In this document: positions 1-11,700 of the stretch, in pieces
Numbering within the stretch: the first letter of the stretch is position 1
Layout of the letters: each line of letters begins with the position of its first letter
Assembly (NCBI GenBank): GCA_040954595.2
Contig: CM082583.2
Coordinates: 13,426,291-13,490,290, forward strand
DNA: 64,000 bases
Origin: Balanoglossus misakiensis
Lineage: Eukaryota > Animalia > Hemichordata
Reading direction: 5' to 3'
Translations under genes and position numbers: made by a program
The notes under the pieces: generated by a model
The model's database searches: none
What the model was told of the DNA's origin: nothing
The model's input: only the letters and a program-made list of their open reading frames with translations

Positions 1-2762
1 CAATTACAATGATTAGTTTAGGCTGGTGCTTTTAGGAGACATTTATAAAGTCTTAAAACAGACTTTGTTGAGAAAAACAAACGGTGGGATGTTCTGGTGT
101 TCATATTACAGTACTAGTCTTACTAGTGTCTCATACTTTGTGAGATTGCAATGGGTGACCTTGACCATGAATCCATATTTTACTAACATGATTGAAAAAT
201 TGAGGTGGGTTAAAGGAAGCCATAATCTCTGATGACTCCAGAATGATACTGCAAATTTCTCTCAATCAGATTCATTATATGAAAGTATACAGATTATCAG
301 AAATGAAATGAAACTTAAAAAGATGACTTCACTATCGAAATGCCCACATTTCATGATCTATTTTGAGTGTGTGATAACATCTTATATTGCACCAGTATTA
401 AATCCAAAAACAGATATAGACCAAGAATAATCCCAGAAAGACCCTACCCCCACACAGAATATTCCTGGTTGCTGGCATCCCTATGCGTGTGTATTACTTC
501 ACAATTTGTATCTGCAGTCGATGCATGCATAAACATTTTGATGCAGTAGATAAGAGTCCTTTAGAAAAAGTCGTGTTCTTTCTCTCACACACACTCCTGA
601 ACTGATAACCTTTGCAACATTGCTAAGTAGACCAACTCATTGACTTTGCTCTCCACTATCTTGATTGCAGTTTTTCCTTTTTTTTAAAGAGCAGTCTTTA
701 AGTTCCATTTGGGTTCTCTTGAGTCTCTCTCCTCTATAATTGTTTACATCAAATTTTGACTTATCAAAGTCCCCTGATCACGGAGCTATTCCCAAGTCAA
801 ATCACCATTCACCACAGCAGTGCAGCCAAAATGTTTTTCATCAGGAGTTATGTCAACATAATTATTGTTTGTTTTTTTTGCATTTCAACACAATCTTTGC
901 ACAAGTGTTTAGTACTAGATAATCTCTGTGAAATTCTTGTCACTTAATTAATGTCAAACTTGAGAATTTTTTTGAATCCTTATTCTCATAAATAACTTGA
1001 ACTCTAGTGTCATAACTTGACACATTTTCACAGAAAGAGATGGTCAAGAAAGTACTGTACCAGGAATTAGTCAGTCCAATTATGTGGAGAGGCACATTGC
1101 CATGGCCAACCAAAATAGACAATCCAATCTTTTATTAGGGATGGTATTCTGAGTTCCAGATTATTTTTAAATTCCCCGTTTCAATCAAATCAGTATTAAT
1201 ATTCCAGAAATGCCGTTGATGTTAGAATTGGATGACTTCCTAGGTCTTAATTGCTGTCTAAATTTGAGAAATTATTCAGCATAACCTGTGAGGGGTCAAA
1301 TGGGGTCAAACTGCTGTAACTTGGCCTCATCCGTGAGGTGGGTGAGTTGAAAACACAATTAGAGCCGAACTATTCTAGAATTTGATGCCAGTAGAGTTCA
1401 TTCTCTATCAGAATAGCTTTAAGTAATGCATGGTGGGATATCTGGCCTAAGTTTATCGCTGTTTACAATGTCTACATAATAACTCAAAATTTAGCATCAA
1501 ATAATAGTGTGGTTTTTTCCCACCAGTAATCTTCATGTAGCTTTTGTCTTTCAAAATAAATAGATGAAATGGACACACATCCACTTCTTTTGAAGTACTT
1601 TACCTTTTCATAAAAATATTAAGAGTATCATTCTAAAATTAAATTTTGGCACATGCAAATATAATTTAAAAAATATAAGATATTCCAACTACTATCAGAA
1701 TTTACTTAAATATTTAAGTACTTCCACTATAGATAAAATTAAGTTTTGACATGTCATAGACTAAAAGTTTCACTTTTTTATGGAAAAGACTTAATATTTG
1801 AATGGTACTATACACAAATTTGTAATGTTTGGAAGATTAAAACCCCCAATAATATGACAACCTGACTTGGCATATTCTGGATCTGCCAAAATTGATTTGA
1901 AAAACTTAAAACTGAGTACAAATTTTGTAAGCACTATAAACATAGATTAAACTTTGTACAGTTTGACTGTAAACGCAAGTTGCATTTGGAACGGTGGGTT
2001 GTTGCTGCTTAACGCTTACACAAATCTCATAAATTTATAAAACTACATTTAGTTATGCAAATTTCTTGTGAGTAGAACTTTATAGAAATCTATATATAAA
2101 GTACAGCAATATTTAAAACAGAAAGACTGTTTAGTCACCATAAGATGCTATGGTACACAAACACTCAGTTAAGAATTTGGTCACATAACACAGACTATCC
2201 TGCATTCACTAGTTTGACAATATTGTCAAACATTTCAACAGAAACATTCACATTGTAGTTTGACACAAATTGGTTTATCAATTTTACAACAACAGGAATG
2301 ACATATTTCCTTTCCAGGGTGTCATTGTAGTTACGAACACTGGATTGTCCAGCCTCTACTCTGACATACATGTTATGCGAATAAGCGTGGAGTTGGCAGA
2401 GTTGTAATGACTGGCAATTCAGTATTGTTCACATTACAGAATTACACATACAACTTACCCAATGTAAATAAAAATTTACAGTTAAAAACGGTGTTATCTC
2501 TGACCGCAACAATTTTGTTGTTGATAAAGATGCCATCTGAATTACAAGGAAACAAAACTTTTCCAGTTTCTCCCTATTGAAAATGAAAGAATATATTTTG
2601 GAAAAGCAATTCATTTTGATTTAGATTCAGTAAAATAATTTTCATTTGTTTCATTGCTTCACCAACCAATCTAACTTTGTGTCTAACCTTTTGAGTTCCA
2701 TTTACCAATGAGGTGCATATGGCAGTGATAGGTTATTGAGGGGAAAAAATCTGCTATGAACT

Positions 2763-5729
2763 TTATTCTGCAATGAGATGTTTATGAAGTGCACTGTTCT
2801 TACTGTGTTGAATGCAACTATGTAGGGAAGAAAACATCATAAGGCAGCCTGGAATTTTGCAGCCGTGCATTACATCTATGTGTTTGTTCCGGTAATGTTC
2901 TTGCAGTTTGGGTTCACTGTGGCACGAAGCTTTGCACACATCGCAATATATACCCAGCTGATTGGTTGTTGGGGATTCCTGGTCTGTTGCCGTGGTTTCT
3001 GGACACGAACTGTTGGAAGACCTGCTATTTACGAGCGCAGCTCTCAACTGGGATGGGTACACTTCAAACGCTACATCGTTGTGTGATCTGTTCTCCTTGG
3101 CAGATAATTCCACATCTTTGTCTTTGTCATCATCGTCATCATCATCATCATCATCTAGTTGGTCTCTGTTTTTGTTTGTCAGATGTTGGTGGAATCCATT
3201 GCTATGTGGTGTTTCTCTGTTTGCCGTACCATTCTGCACACTACCATTTTCATAACTGAAAGAATGATGACTCTGAAAGCAGTGATCTTTTTGCACTTCA
3301 CACCTGCCCTGCTGTGAATGTTCAGATTTGATTTGTAATTCATCATCGTGGTGTGGATGACTAGAAGTGTTGTCGTTGCAGTCAGCTGCTAACAAACCAT
3401 TCCTCACAATTTTGTTACCATGGATACCATTGCCAAGGATACCATTGCTGCCTACAAGATCTTGTACTCTATAAACTTGATGCATGAAGTGTTCTTGAAA
3501 TTGCTGATGGAAAGCTTGGTCCTGGAAATATGAGGCGGCACTGGGATCTTTGGCCAGCAGTTTGCGGTGCAGATTGATGTTGGAACTGTGTCTGTCACGA
3601 CTTCGCTTTGATGGAAATGAAGCATTGCATCCCGACACAGTGCAGGAGTGCATAATTTTCAGGTGGACATTCTGATAGTGTGTCTTCACACCGTGTGTAC
3701 TTTGAAAAGGTTTGGCACAATCAACACAGTAAGGTATACCCTCTTTCACAATGTATGTCTCACTGGAATTCATGTAGCCATCACTTGTCATCAAGATGCC
3801 TGGGGAACTTGATAGAGATGGTGAGCTGCTCTTGTTACTCTCTGCATCAGCGGAGACTTGAGGAATAGACATGGCACTAAGCTGATTGATGTCTTTCATG
3901 CTGTCACAGTGAATGCTTTCAAGACTTGGGTGAACCTGGCTGCCTCCGCCTTCTTTGGCAAAGTACGGTGGGTAGAATCCCTGCTCCATCATTTGCATAG
4001 CCATGAGTTTTGCAAAACTGATTCTGCTATCTGATTGGCTGGTCATATCTTGCTGTGTGGTTGTAGCAGGTGCATTGGCAGAATTATCCGCAGTGTCTTT
4101 CTCCGTGCCTATGTTCACATCATTCAGTGTCGGCTCCTCTTCTTGCATTTTCTCTTCCCCGCCGCTCTCACTGTCTCCACTCTCTGTAGAATCCATATTT
4201 TCACATCCATCTTCCTTTTTTGAATCATCCTTGCAAAGGGTGTCTACCTGCTGAGGTGGTTCAGAATCTCTTTTGACCATGTCCTTGGTTTGCTCTTCAT
4301 CTTCTGTCTCTGGGTCACTGTCACTCGTCATTTCTTCTTTGAAGTTGCCATCACTGGCAGCCAGACATCTTGTTGGAGTGTTACTCTTTCTCTTCCTCAC
4401 CCCCTGGCTAAATCGCAATTCATTCTCCTCACAGTAATTTCTTGAATCCATATCATCATCAGAGTCTAATTTCTGTGACAATTTTACTGGTTTGAGACAT
4501 TTACGTGGATTCTTCTTCAATGAATAATGAAAATCTGCCCTTTCTTCTTCCTCAGAGATATCATTCTGATTAGAAGAGTTACTGTCACTGTCTGTCGGAG
4601 CAACAACAGTCACTCCATTGATTTCTTTTGGCAGTTGTGATTCGCTATGACACTGACTTGGTGGGCACCGTAAATCAAGGAGTGAATCTGGGCTGTGAAG
4701 CGTCGGTGGCATCAAAGTTGGACTTCCAAGACTGGCCTCATGGATGTTGATTAGCGGTGGGCTGAGGAATCTTTCATTTAAACTTCCCAAAACTGAATTG
4801 GAAGCAGCAGAATTTGCACTCAGGAAGCTGTCAGCTCGAGCAGCTGTATCTGATATTTGTACTCTCTGTTTGGGTATTGCCGAGTGAATTTTAGGATTTG
4901 GATTTGAGCTGTGCCTATTTCGGCTTCGAAGGGAACTGAATAACATATTGCAACCTTCAATGGTGCATTTGTATTTCTGTTTGAGGTGGACTGAACTGTA
5001 GTGAATTTTCCAAGTCCCTTTATTGTAGAATGCCTTGTTGCATAGATTACATGTCACTTGCTTGGGTCCTGATGAGTTGATAGTGAATGGAATCAGACAT
5101 TTCCTTCTGGGCTGAGCGGACTTGCGAAGGTGCTTTAGTTTCATGGCCAGATATGATGATGAAGGGTGACTAGTACTGGACCGTTCCATTGATGACAACA
5201 CATACCTCTTCGGCATTTCTTCAGGAATTGGCGATGACGGCATTGGTGTGGATACTGTTGGAGTGGACTTTGTGGTGGGACTACACTGAGGCAGAATGGC
5301 TGGTTCACTTCTTGGTAATGGAGACATCGCCATATCACTTTTAGGAGAAGCTCTTGGTGGTGGTGAGCACGTAGTACTGTTAGTACTAGTGCTAGTGGGT
5401 GGTTTTGTATCTGTGCTTTTGATATCTGTTTGTGTTGATGTATACGCAGGGTACGTCTGCGGCTGAGAAGAAGACGATGATGATGGCACGGGATGAGCAT
5501 GGACACTCAGCTGTCGCATTGTATTCATTCGTTCAATAAACGCCCGGATATCAGATTCACTGTTTGGTGGTGGCTGTGGCTGTGCAATTTTACCTTCATT
5601 CTTGTCTTGTTGAATCATGACTTCAGTGATAGACTTTGTCTCTCCGAATCGCAAAAACTGTTGCAGGATTAGTGTCTCCTCATCTCTACAAGCGATGATC
5701 CACTCTTCCAAAACTTTACCATCAGGGGC
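2763..5729 (-). CDS. BNC2: BNC2-like terminal coding exon (2967 nt) with all three zinc-finger pairs
   Basis: Acceptor tttcag|GCC at 5730/5729 and stop TAA at 2763. Finger pairs lie at about 4884-5051 ([29 protein letters not shown]), 3567-3728 (..[16 protein letters not shown]) and 2784-2945. A basic NLS-like RKRKS and a poly-Asp run are present. Confidence 0.95.
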   Translation of the reverse strand, partial: APDGKVLEEWIIACRDEETLILQQFLRFGETKSITEVMIQQDKNEGKIAQPQPPPNSESDIRAFIERMNTMRQLSVHAHPVPSSSSSSQPQTYPAYTSTQTDIKSTDTKPPTSTSTNSTTCSPPPRASPKSDMAMSPLPRSEPAILPQCSPTTKSTPTVSTPMPSSPIPEEMPKRYVLSSMERSSTSHPSSSYLAMKLKHLRKSAQPRRKCLIPFTINSSGPKQVTCNLCNKAFYNKGTWKIHYSSVHLKQKYKCTIEGCNMLFSSLRSRNRHSSNPNPKIHSAIPKQRVQISDTAARADSFLSANSAASNSVLGSLNERFLSPPLINIHEASLGSPTLMPPTLHSPDSLLDLRCPPSQCHSESQLPKEINGVTVVAPTDSDSNSSNQNDISEEEERADFHYSLKKNPRKCLKPVKLSQKLDSDDDMDSRNYCEENELRFSQGVRKRKSNTPTRCLAASDGNFKEEMTSDSDPETEDEEQTKDMVKRDSEPPQQVDTLCKDDSKKEDGCENMDSTESGDSESGGEEKMQEEEPTLNDVNIGTEKDTADNSANAPATTTQQDMTSQSDSRISFAKLMAMQMMEQGFYPPYFAKEGGGSQVHPSLESIHCDSMKDINQLSAMSIPQVSADAESNKSSSPSLSSSPGILMTSDGYMNSSETYIVKEGIPYCVDCAKPFQSTHGVKTHYQNVHLKIMHSCTVSGCNASFPSKRSRDRHSSNINLHRKLLAKDPSAASYFQDQAFHQQFQEHFMHQVYRVQDLVGSNGILGNGIHGNKIVRNGLLAADCNDNTSSHPHHDDELQIKSEHSQQGRCEVQKDHCFQSHHSFSYENGSVQNGTANRETPHSNGFHQHLTNKNRDQLDDDDDDDDDDKDKDVELSAKENRSHNDVAFEVYPSQLRAALVNSRSSNSSCPETTATDQESPTTNQLGIYCDVCKASCHSEPKLQEHYRNKHIDVMHGCKIPGCLMMFSSLHSCIQHSKNSALHKHLIAE

Positions 5730-8700
5730 CTGAAATGACAAAAGTGAAAAAAAAAAATAACACCGTCAGTCTCTCTAGCATTATAGTCACATTGTTTCAT
5801 AAGAATGTCTTTGTCAGTTACATGGATACCAATTCACTAATTGCATACTATTTGAAAACTGCACATATTTTATCAAAGATAAGTAGTTAAAGGGACAGTA
5901 AAGCAGTTGCACTATATCAAAATCTTCAGCTGAACTGTATATCTGATAAAGAAAGTAAAACTAGAGTCTAGCTACTCAGTGAACCACATAAAACTCATCC
6001 ACTAAAACGCTTCCATTAGTAATGAGTTGACACCTAGAGTTACCATTACAACACCTTCATGTACACTTCACAGTTGAACACTTAAACTTCACAGATATTG
6101 TCATAAAGACAGCTGGTGTTTGAGAAACATTTCATTTTACCCGTGAGTAATGGCCATCAGACAAAAGTGACGGCCTTGCAGAGTCACTTTGAAACTTGAG
6201 AGGCTACAGCGCTTAACATAATGGGACTTTGTCACATTGGCAGCAGAAACTGTCACCTTTCTCTAAGCGTCATGCACTGTTACCTTTGTACAGTTTAACT
6301 CAAACAATTCCTAAACACTGCAATACATCTTCTACATGACCAAATGCTAAACTCGATGCGAGAAATTTACCACTTGGTTTGAAAACCATTTTGTTATTTG
6401 AATACTAAGCTTCAATCTTCCCTAACTATTGCTAACATTCCCAATTTAAAAAAAGAATTTCTTTCTTTCTACATTTTTGATGCCCACACATAAATTCTTT
6501 GCCATCATCATCCATAAAACTGGGAATGAAGACAAAGTACTGTGAGATGTACAAAGAGCAGCTCATGGAATGCAGAAGTTGAACTCAGGGTTTTTTGAAC
6601 GGGCCCTGGGGTCACTGATAAAATCAAATCCACTTTTGATGAGATATCATTGTTTTGAAATTGTAGAAACTTTGTATATTCATTCAGGGTAAAGCTGGCA
6701 GGAGATCACCATGTTTTCATACTTTGGTAGTTTGTGGTACAGAATTGTCAAGGATCTGGGGACTAATGTATTCAATATGTCAATGTACAGTCAACAGATA
6801 GATACATGGGTGAATCTGCTTAGATCGACTTCGCTGGTTACATTACTGAGTTCTGTGTTACAGCCAAAGGAGTATAAGATGTGAACTTCATTCCATTTTG
6901 AAGGGTGTAACTGTAAAAACAGTTCCTCATTCGTAAATACAAAACAACAACGCAAACATTGTGCACTTTATACAAATTTAAAATTTCTAAAATATTCTCC
7001 ATTTGATCTCCCACTCAGCTTTCTCTCTCTTGCATTTTGACAAAAGAGACGGAATTATAGACTAGGGTTGATTTGCCCAATACACTTGAACCCCAGGCAA
7101 AGTCCACTGCAAGTGCTAAAATGAATTGAGGAATGGAAATGTTGGAATCTGAACTGAAGTAGCAACTATGTAATGTATTGCTGAAATGTTACAGTTCACG
7201 ATGGGCTTTAGGGATAAACCCATCGGCATAATCATTACTTTTGTTTTAGTGACATCTAAATCTAGTTTTTGCCAAGACGAATCCCAGGGGTTTCTCTGAG
7301 TTTTTCAGACCTGTAATTGGTAAATACAGGGGATTTCTGAGTGATGTGATTACAAACCGTAAATGAACAAAGGGATTAGACTCGCAGATCTGAGGGAAAC
7401 CCTCAAGACATGGTCAAACCTCTCTTCATTCTACTCACACAGCAAATTTCTCCAAGAAACGCTATCTTTCATTGCCTCTTATGAAGCTAAACGCTAATAG
7501 GTTTCTACTTGGAGGTGCTCTGAACAGCTTCACACAAGACAAATTTCCCATGAGCTGTAGAGCTCCAATTACCGACTGAAGCACACTTACTGAGATTGTA
7601 AATCTGCATCAACAAGCAGGTGCTGAAATATTGCTATAAATGTTAGGTTAGCAAATGAGTACATTGATTTTAGGTGTATGTTGCTTTAATAAAAGCCATG
7701 GGGGAAGTTGCCAAATTCCCATGGCCAGTAAATAACGCTAGGTAACCTTTCCTGAGATTTCACAGGAAAAGTCATGGACAACAGTGGATACTAACTATGA
7801 AGGGTAACACGGGTCAAGTTATTTTCATCTCTGTGGGTGACATGCACTGAAACAATGTGGTAAATTCTATGGTGTTACATGGTTTAATACTCTGGTTCTG
7901 CCTGAAGTTGAAGACTCAATACACAGAGGGGACCCTTTTGAGATCAGTTTGACAGAGCCTGAGGTGGCTGTATGTCCTTGTTGGTCTACAACATTTAATT
8001 ATAATTTTATGTTAAACACATTCTTAGATGTCAGTCAATGTTGGGTGATCAGACATGTTGCTTTTGTGCCATTTGGAAAGGGTGTGACAGATGGCATATG
8101 GATGTGGTAAAGGAGGAGAGAAGTTGATCATCTCTGCGGTTTATACAAGACTACATTTGTGGTTGTCTTGTTTAGATTTGACGGAAGGTGTGGAATTGGG
8201 GCCGGCAAGATTGCCTCTGGTAGTTTCGTCACGGTTCCTTGGAAACACTGAGATGATGAAACAATGCATTTCACTTTTATACACATGTACGTTTCTGATG
8301 TAGTTGTGTCTATTCTGCAAATTGCAACTGGTTTAACAGTTGGGACAAAATATACATGTGAGCTACATGTACATGTAACTTTATCAGAGAGGGTAAATTT
8401 ATGAACAGAGGGAACAGTTAGACAGGAAGAGGTCTAAAACTCTTCATTTCATGCAGTAGTAATGCAACACAAATAAAATATACTATTCCAGTGTTGCTTA
8501 CGTGATTTCCTGAGTTATTTCTGTATTTCCTGTTTGGTCAATGGCATCTACCAAAAACCAGACAGTCCATACTGGGTGGTATACCTCATATAGTTTAACA
8601 AAATTCCATAACAGAGAAAAGACTTACCTGTAAAACATATCCCCTGGCATAATCTTCATACATCCAGCCTAATCCATGTAAAACTTGGATGACTTCATCG

Positions 8701-11700
8701 TGTTTGAGTACACTGAATAATCTGTCCAGCAAAATCTTGAGTCGAGTGGGAATGGCTTGTGTTCCATACAGAATTAAACTGCCAATGTCAAACACGATGT
8801 TGAATTGAACCACTTCCACTTGAAATGATGGATACAGATGCCGGGTGCTGAGTTTGTCCAAGGCTGTAGGGAAGACACACTAAGGCCTAAGTGGCGCGAG
8901 TCACGACGAATCAAGTCTTGGGTCTCATAACCATGCATGCAGCTAATATTACTTTTGTTCCTTAAAGAAGTAAGCCATTAGCTGCTAAGACAGACAGCTC
9001 ATGCAAGCTAACATGTTTAATACATAGACAGCAAACCAACACAACAGAACAGAGGTCAACAGAAGGGCAAGTTCATGCGGTACATGTATTGGTCACAATG
9101 CAGCATATCCAAGTTCATGGCGTAAGATAGATTAATATATGATCAGCTAACTCAAAGCAGCAACATTTGACTTCTACACTACAGACTCTTTGGTATTTGG
9201 TAATGTCACATTACAACCATGGTCAGGTAGACGGGTTGAAACAGACAGAAACAGATGAAAAGTTGTAACCTCTTTACGGCCCGTACACATCTTCATCAAC
9301 CTATTCTCTTTTCACACCCATTTTTATATATTTCTATCAACTTGACTAGGAAATTGTACATCATGCCAGCTCTCATGATGCAACTTGAAAACCAACCACC
9401 ACAACTTCATACCTAAGATATTACCGTATCATATTCCTATTGATCCATTTCTCTGAATAAATTGAGGTATTCTGAGGTACTGAATATAGTATTCTTGGAC
9501 AAAATTAGCTCATGATAAACAAGAAAAATTTCCTTTATTTCAACATTAACATAAAATAGTCACAAAGTTCTGGATTCTCTTTGAGTCTACATGCATTGAG
9601 TGACAGAGAAAACACAAAACAGTTGTTATACAGTGACAGTAGATGAAAATGGAACTTGAATGTCCATTTTGATCAATTTAAACTGTGACAATAACACTGG
9701 CATTGACCCCATGGTAATGAAATGGACAGGTCAGAATTAACAGAAAGCTTTGTACTTGTCCTTGCGCAGAATATTACTGGCCTCAAGGTGGCAGGCAACA
9801 TAAAATTCATAAGATGTGGGCTTCCATCGAACTGTAAACGTTAAATGTGTCGAAACCCCACTTGACATACTTCTGTATCAATGATTTCGACAGCTTTGTC
9901 TTGTTGATAAATCGCATACTACAAACCTCATGCATGCTTTATACCCATGAGGGCGCAGAAATTATCTACATACATGAGGATTTACCACATATTGATAATG
10001 ACAGAAATAGTTTTTTTTTAATTTTCTGGTGTTTATACCAAGAATGCTAATATTCATGTTGATCAAATAGATGCTAGCTTTTGTCTGCCATTTCCTTTTT
10101 GCATGATTTGACACAGAAGCAGAACGGCATATAAATCACAATAATACTACAGAGATTGAACCCACATACTGTTATAGGGTGTCAAGTCATAATTCCTGGC
10201 TTAGTTTATGAGACATTGCTACAACACATGCTGTAATTCACTCTTCCAGTTGTGCTAGATGACTAATTTCCTCAAACAAATCAAGTCTGCACCAATAGAA
10301 ATTATGATTTACAACAGCAGAGCTGAACCACAGACAACTGAGTAGGACAGCTCTGATGGTGAGTGATCACGATCCCGCCTTAGCCACAGTAAATATGAGA
10401 CGCAGCACTGCATGGCAGGGCAGTAAAGACAGTTAATCTGCAGACGATTCCTACCTACCACGATCCATCAATTAGATGCTTTTAAATGGGTGTTGACAAA
10501 GCCACAATGACAAGTTCTTTTCTGAAAGGGTCTCGGATCAGAGAAGGATTTAAGTCCGGCCTAACATACATCACTGCAGAGAGCTGTAGAGCTGACGACT
10601 GGAAAGCCTTCTTAAACCCTGTACATGTACGCAGACGTCCCATCACAGCCACTCATGACATACCTAATATTTGTGCGGGATTCATTGGGGACAAACATGT
10701 TAAAAGAACTACAAATGGAAGGGACATAAAATCAATTTACCTAATCACAGGGGCATTCCAATGTCAGGGGTCAATTTTTTAACTAAATTGCCAGCATACA
10801 CAAGGAAGTCCTTGGACAGTTTCAAAGGAAACGACTTGAAGCACTGCACGAATTGGATGATATCTTATGCATACTAATCTAAGAGTTGTCAGTGAGAAGA
10901 CATACAGTGCCAATGATTCATGTGATCTCAAGGCACACGCTGCCATTTGCTGTGTTGGCTCGGAATTCACCAGCGCTAACTCTATTATCGAAATCTGAGT
11001 GAAAGTTTACATATTATCTGCTCATAATCTTCAGATGTATTTTCATTCCATCTGATCTCTCTCTGGGCAGACCTTTGAATATATATATACCTTGCAGCGA
11101 TCCCACTTAACTGCAACTTCTCAGTGATTTCGTCTTTTGGAGAGGTACAAAGACCTTAAATTAATATGATTATGTCATCGAGATTTCATTTCAGAACTAC
11201 ATATCTAAATTTCATGAGTGCAGATATAACATGTATAATAAGATCAGACAATTTTGCGGGTAAATCACCAGAATGGAAATTCATTCTCACTGCTCAGATG
11301 CATCTTATCTGAAATTGTGAATTTTGGCGAAATTGCAATGTTGAGTGCAGCGCCATCTAAAAGTACAGCAAACTTGTTTGAAAGCTGACATCGATGAGAC
11401 TGGCAAAACAGTTTTTCGGAGATTTTCAGTTTATGTGTCGTTATCAGTAAGAAATATAATTTGAGAGAAGTTGAACTGTTTATACGCAAGGCTAGAAAGA
11501 GAGGGAGATTGTCAACTCCCTTTAGCTACACTCACAGCATTCACAGCTGTTTCTCTTATTTGTGTCACTTGAGTAAGACCAGCCATTTTGTGTCATGACA
11601 TGCTGCATTTTTGTGTGACATGGCGCATCCACTTATCAACCCGCACCTCCTATATCACTATGAAGAACACAGTTATCTGTGTGATATGCACTGATGTCAC

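Noticed and set aside
2762-2767. AATAAA overlapping the BNC stop codon as the poly(A) signal
   Set aside because: It arises from the GAA-TAA-A codons; there is no independent support for an almost absent 3' UTR.
3414-3427. X-box-like GTTACCATGGATAC
   Set aside because: It lies inside BNC coding sequence (the GIHGN repeat) and is explained by codons.
2865-5506. Short antisense and alternative-frame ORFs overlapping the large BNC exon
   Set aside because: They are shadows of the real coding exon with low-complexity translations.
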